Virus record (IMG/VR): IMGVR_UViG_3300012346_000100
Coordinates: 1 to 30,723 of that record
DNA: 30,723 nucleotides
Direction: 5' to 3' (one strand)
Source: a virus
Taxonomy: Duplodnaviria; Caudoviricetes
Shown here: in pieces, positions 27,631 to 30,723 of the stretch
Layout: every line of letters starts with the position of its first letter
How positions within the stretch are numbered: the stretch's first letter is position 1
Notes under the pieces: model-generated
The model's input: only the letters and a program-made list of their open reading frames with translations
What the model was told of the DNA's origin: nothing
Databases searched by the model: none
Made by a program: the position numbers and the translations under genes

Positions 27631-27788
27631 TAGAAGTAGAATGTGAAAGATGCGAAGGCTATGGAATTATAGAAGCCGAAAAAGATTGTACACTACCAGC
27701 TTCAATGTGTTGTGGTGGATGTACAGAATTTATTGAGTGTCCTACTTGCGATGGATATGGAGAAATAGAAATAGAAGAAGAAATTTAA
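27627..27788 (+). CDS. Cys-rich DnaJ-type zinc-finger mini-protein (53 aa, not in track)
   Basis: CERCEGYG...C......CCGGC...CPTCDGYG. Confidence 0.75.
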   Translation: MIEVECERCEGYGIIEAEKDCTLPASMCCGGCTEFIECPTCDGYGEIEIEEEI

Positions 27789-27799
27789 ATCAGAATAAG

Positions 27800-27892
27800 A
27801 TGGGAGTGGTTTTTTTAATAATGTTTGGAGTTTTAATATTTGCAACTAGAAATAATAAGTCAGATTACATGAAGCGTAAGGAAAATAAATAA
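27800..27892 (+). CDS. 30-aa single-TM peptide (not in track)
   Basis: MGVVFLIMFGVLIFATRNNKSDYMKRKENK*; preceded by AATAAGATGG junction. Confidence 0.5.
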   Translation: MGVVFLIMFGVLIFATRNNKSDYMKRKENK

Positions 27893-27907
27893 CTAAATAA
27901 AAATAAG

Positions 27908-28333
27908 ATGGAAATACAAGATTTTATAGACAAGGTTAATCAAAAAATTGATAGCGAATTACTATGGTGTGGTGGAGACAGAAATAAATCTTCTGAAATG
28001 AAAAATTGGAGAAAAGCATATTCAGACGTCAAAAAATGGATGAAAGAATTGAGCAAAGAAATTAACCAATTAGATGATGAAAATTTAAATGATAATAAGA
28101 TGGAACAAACAGCAGTAGAATGGTTTGCAGATGAAATAACCAAAAGAGGACCAACAGAAAATAATCCACCACAATGGCTAATAAAATTATATGAACAAGC
28201 CAATGAAATGTTTGAGCAACAGATTATTAATGCTTGGACTGATGCAAAATATTGCAATACAATAGGTAATGAAATAAATTACAAAGATGGCGAACAATAC
28301 TATAACGAAACCTTTAAACAACAAGAACAATGA
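27908..28333 (+). CDS. Hypothetical; apparent fusion with internal start at 28100 (MEQTAVEW family)
   Basis: Internal AATAAGATGG junction; ends TFKQQEQ. Confidence 0.7.
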   Translation: MEIQDFIDKVNQKIDSELLWCGGDRNKSSEMKNWRKAYSDVKKWMKELSKEINQLDDENLNDNKMEQTAVEWFADEITKRGPTENNPPQWLIKLYEQANEMFEQQIINAWTDAKYCNTIGNEINYKDGEQYYNETFKQQEQ

Positions 28334-28455
28334 AATCAATAAATACATTAATAATAATTATTGCCTCAATAATTATTATAGTATCAAGTATTAATTTAAT
28401 TAGGGCAATAAAAGGATATAAACAATTTAAAAAAGAAAACAATGAAAATAGTTAA
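28330..28455 (+). CDS. 41-aa single-TM peptide (not in track)
   Basis: MKSINTLIIIIASIIIIVSSINLIRAIKGYKQFKKENNENS*. Confidence 0.6.
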   Translation: MKSINTLIIIIASIIIIVSSINLIRAIKGYKQFKKENNENS

Positions 28456-28477
28456 TCAATGGTAAACAACAAGAACA

Positions 28478-28684
28478 ATGAAAGAAAATTTTGAAGTAAA
28501 AGAACAAGGAAATAACAATAATACACTGTTATCTGCAATTAAATTAGCTTATCACCAATACAAACGTGATTTATATTTTGTAAAGAACAAAAGCAATATA
28601 TGGGAAGGTAAACCTTATAGATGGGGATTAACTCATTGGGCAATTGCTAAAAACAGATTTTATTGGTTTGTTATTAAACGTTAA
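28478..28684 (+). CDS. Hypothetical protein
   Basis: Flanked by junction repeats. Confidence 0.65.
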   Translation: MKENFEVKEQGNNNNTLLSAIKLAYHQYKRDLYFVKNKSNIWEGKPYRWGLTHWAIAKNRFYWFVIKR

Positions 28685-28696
28685 ACAACAAGAACT

Positions 28697-28786
28697 ATGA
28701 AACTGACAGCAGTAAAAATTTTAGATTGGGTTTTAAGAAGATTTGATGATTATAATTCAGACTTTAAAATAAACGGAGGTATTTAA
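28697..28786 (+). CDS. 29-aa peptide (not in track)
   Basis: MKLTAVKILDWVLRRFDDYNSDFKINGGI*, between two junction repeats. Confidence 0.5.
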   Translation: MKLTAVKILDWVLRRFDDYNSDFKINGGI

Positions 28787-28802
28787 CTAAACAACAAGAA
28801 AA

Positions 28803-29042
28803 ATGAAACAAACAGCAGTAGAATGGTTTGCAGAAAGAATACAAAGTGATAAAATATTTAACTTTGAAAATGTATTAAAACAAGCCAAAGAAATGGATAA
28901 GGAGCAGAAGATTAGTTTTTACGTAAAAGCTTTTACAAGTTTTTTATCAGAGGAAAGTTCAGAACCTTACCATGAAGTTATAGCGGAACATGGTAAAGAA
29001 CAAGCAGAACAATACTACAACAAAACCTTTAAAAACAAATAA
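28803..29042 (+). CDS. Hypothetical protein (MKQTAVEW...EQYYNKTF family)
   Basis: Paralog of 28100..28333. Confidence 0.75.
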   Translation: MKQTAVEWFAERIQSDKIFNFENVLKQAKEMDKEQKISFYVKAFTSFLSEESSEPYHEVIAEHGKEQAEQYYNKTFKNK

Positions 29043-29043
29043 G

Positions 29044-29247
29044 ATGGTAATAGATAGAATAGTACTAAACGTAATTAAAAAGTTCGAAAGACGAGCAGAC
29101 GAGGGTTTAAAAAAGTACGGAGTTACTTTAGAAAGAACCGATTTAAACACCCTTGATTGGATTAATGAGGCACAGCAAGAAGCAATGGACTTTTGCTTGT
29201 ATTTGGAAAGATTGAGTGTAGACATTAAAAAACAACAAGAGCAATGA
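29044..29247 (+). CDS. Conserved phage protein, possibly all-alpha NTP-pyrophosphatase-like
   Basis: R...GLKKYGVTL.R.DL...DW...AQQEAMD...YLE; start reassigned to 29044; ends KQQEQ. Confidence 0.55.
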   Translation: MVIDRIVLNVIKKFERRADEGLKKYGVTLERTDLNTLDWINEAQQEAMDFCLYLERLSVDIKKQQEQ

Positions 29248-29633
29248 ATTTAATTAAGATTACAGAACTGATTGAAAGATATGAACTAAATACAAGTTCA
29301 AGAAAACGTGAAAAAGTGTACATAAGAAGCGTATTATATCACTTTCTACGCAGTAACAAAATGACACTGGATAGAATCGGTAAAATGTTTGGCAAAGGAC
29401 ACGCAACAATTTTGCACGGCTTAGAATGTTACGATAGAAATAAAAACTACCCAGACTTTAAAGAGTTAATTTCTTTAGTAGAAAACGAGTTAGAAGTTTC
29501 TTGCATTGATATACCAGACGAAGATAAGCTACAATTAACAGAAGCAGAGTTGGATATATTAGAAGCTAATTCATTGCAGGACTTTTGGCAAGTAAAAAAT
29601 AATTTGATAAAAAAGTTATCAATTAAAGAATAA
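29244..29633 (+). CDS. DnaA domain IV-like HTH DNA-binding protein
   Basis: SRKREKVYIR....YHFLR...TLDRIGKMFGKGHATILHG matches DnaA C-terminal signature. Confidence 0.7.
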   Translation: MNLIKITELIERYELNTSSRKREKVYIRSVLYHFLRSNKMTLDRIGKMFGKGHATILHGLECYDRNKNYPDFKELISLVENELEVSCIDIPDEDKLQLTEAELDILEANSLQDFWQVKNNLIKKLSIKE

Positions 29634-29637
29634 TGTT

Positions 29638-29645
29638 TATATTTG
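29638..29645 (+). promoter_or_regulatory. Bacteroidota -7 box
   Basis: TATATTTG intergenic; would drive the recombination operon across the circular junction. Confidence 0.7.
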
Positions 29646-29676
29646 TATATGTTATTAACAATTTAAAACTAAGAAA

Positions 29677-29862
29677 ATGAAAAAAGAAGAACAACCAGAT
29701 TTTAAGCGTAGTTTGTTTGATTTCGCTGAAAACTACGTCAAGACAAATGATGAATTTCATAAGGAACGTAAAGAGATGCTAAAAATGATTGATAAAGGTT
29801 ATGAATTACAATTAGTTCATTTGCGAAAAGGTAGTCAATTAATGTGGTGTAAAAAAAAATAA
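29677..29862 (+). CDS. Hypothetical protein
   Basis: 61 aa after promoter. Confidence 0.65.
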   Translation: MKKEEQPDFKRSLFDFAENYVKTNDEFHKERKEMLKMIDKGYELQLVHLRKGSQLMWCKKK

Positions 29863-29874
29863 ATAAAAATAAAA

Positions 29875-30237
29875 ATGAAAACAAATGAAGAAATTATAAA
29901 AGAATTGTATTGCAACGTATTGTTAAAATCAATGTCTGGTGCAAGTGTTGAAATTGCTATTAAAGACGCTGAATTAGCAGTAACAGCGTTTAGTAATCAA
30001 TTTGAACCAGTTGATATTTTAAAACCAATAGATGATTCAATCATTAAAATATATAATCCTGAACAAGAAATAAATGTTTTGAACTCGCTAGTTAAAATGA
30101 GAAAATTTAGATTTAAAGGATGCAGTTATAGTTATTCAGAAACAAAAGTACCATCAACCGATTTAGGAGGTTTTCCTTATTGGTTAATAATTAATACTGA
30201 AGGAACTCTTCAAATAGAAACTAAAAACCCTAACTAA
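29875..30237 (+). CDS. Hypothetical protein
   Basis: 120 aa; 3' part duplicated at 1-212 with mostly synonymous changes. Confidence 0.8.
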   Translation: MKTNEEIIKELYCNVLLKSMSGASVEIAIKDAELAVTAFSNQFEPVDILKPIDDSIIKIYNPEQEINVLNSLVKMRKFRFKGCSYSYSETKVPSTDLGGFPYWLIINTEGTLQIETKNPN

Positions 30238-30249
30238 ACAAAAATAACA

Positions 30250-30387
30250 ATGAAAAATATACATGTATTGCCAAACATTCCACAAGAAAAACTTAAACAA
30301 GAGCTTCATATCTGTAAGTATTGCGGTGTTGAAACTACTCAATCTGATGATGAATGTTATGCTAAGACTAAACAACAAGAACAATGA
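30250..30387 (+). CDS. 45-aa CxxC mini-protein (not in track)
   Basis: MKNIHVLPNIPQEKLKQELHICKYCGVETTQSDDECYAKTKQQEQ*. Confidence 0.65.
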   Translation: MKNIHVLPNIPQEKLKQELHICKYCGVETTQSDDECYAKTKQQEQ

Positions 30388-30569
30388 AAATAAGATTTAT
30401 TAACGGGTCATGGATTAATGATGATTTAGATTTAATTCCAACAATTAAACTTAGAACAAGTAGCAGATTAAACCCAGAAACAAAAGTTAAAATTAATGGA
30501 ACAAGTATAGCTTTGTGTTGGTTGAAATGGGGTGTTATGTTATTTATTGGTAAAACTAAACAACAATAA
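30384..30569 (+). CDS. Hypothetical protein
   Basis: Between junction repeats; ends KQQ. Confidence 0.65.
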   Translation: MKIRFINGSWINDDLDLIPTIKLRTSSRLNPETKVKINGTSIALCWLKWGVMLFIGKTKQQ

Positions 30570-30570
30570 A

Positions 30571-30723
30571 ATGAAACAACCAAACAAAGATGAAATCGAA
30601 AAGCTATTAACACTTGTCGGAGTGCTTCCTGTTTTAGCTGATTTCATGGAGGATTTAAATAGTTCAGTTTTTACGCAGTCACTTAAAAACAAATGTAACT
30701 TGTTAATCAAAGAAATACGACAA
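30571..30723 (+). CDS. Hypothetical protein, truncated by window end
   Basis: MKQPNKDEIEKLLTLVGVLPVLADFMEDL...; open to end. Confidence 0.65.
   Translation, partial: MKQPNKDEIEKLLTLVGVLPVLADFMEDLNSSVFTQSLKNKCNLLIKEIRQ

Larger units (their letters stand above)
28315..29246 (+). repeat. Junction repeat cluster 2: 28315, 28463, 28682, 28788, 29229
   Basis: Two exact and three 1-2 mismatch copies of TAAACAACAAGAACAATG. Confidence 0.9.
30235..30573 (+). repeat. Junction repeat cluster 3: 30235, 30369, 30557
   Basis: Exact copy at 30369-30386; variants at the other two positions. Confidence 0.9.

Noticed and set aside
28315-29246. CRISPR array interpretation of the junction repeats
   Set aside because: Spacing is irregular (about 85-440 bp across the clusters), the intervening DNA is coding, the repeat is non-palindromic, and there are no cas genes
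4549-30613. Other minus-strand ORFs in the track (e.g. 4607..4888, 10656..10958, 15702..16028, 26521..26844, 27940..28257) and +17597..17782
   Set aside because: They lie largely or wholly over well-supported + strand genes and lack motifs; treated as shadow ORFs
1-30723. Stop-codon reassignment, tRNA genes, integrase/att sites
   Set aside because: Genes are intact and tightly packed in the standard code; no cloverleaf or tyrosine/serine recombinase motif was seen by eye

Overview
Apparently complete, circularly permuted ~30.0 kb tailed-phage genome (siphovirus-like; no integrase, repressor or DNA polymerase recognised). The host is most likely Bacteroidota/Flavobacteriales, based on six TATATTTG -7 promoter boxes and A-rich starts without Shine-Dalgarno sites. 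Modules in order: recombination (ERF-like SSAP, YqaJ-like exonuclease, SSB); replication (initiator with iterons, SF4 helicase, DNA MTase, NinG-like nuclease); a sigma-like regulator; terminase; tail genes; head genes; lysis; and two accessory regions of tiny ORFs. Positions 1-212 recur as a diverged copy at 30026-30237, followed by different genes. The most notable unannotated structures are: (1) arrays of mini-genes joined by a conserved 18-bp junction repeat TAAACAACAAGAACAATG (12 copies), which supplies both a KQQEQ* C-terminus and the next start codon and resembles a shufflable cassette system; (2) a five-copy fixed-spacing promoter AAAC-N16-ACAATAT ahead of the late operons, starting at the end of the sigma-like gene; (3) a kissing-loop/terminator RNA leader ahead of the replication operon; (4) a promoter-to-terminator ~80-nt putative sRNA complementary to translation start regions. 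All product calls come from reading motifs by eye; no database searches were run.
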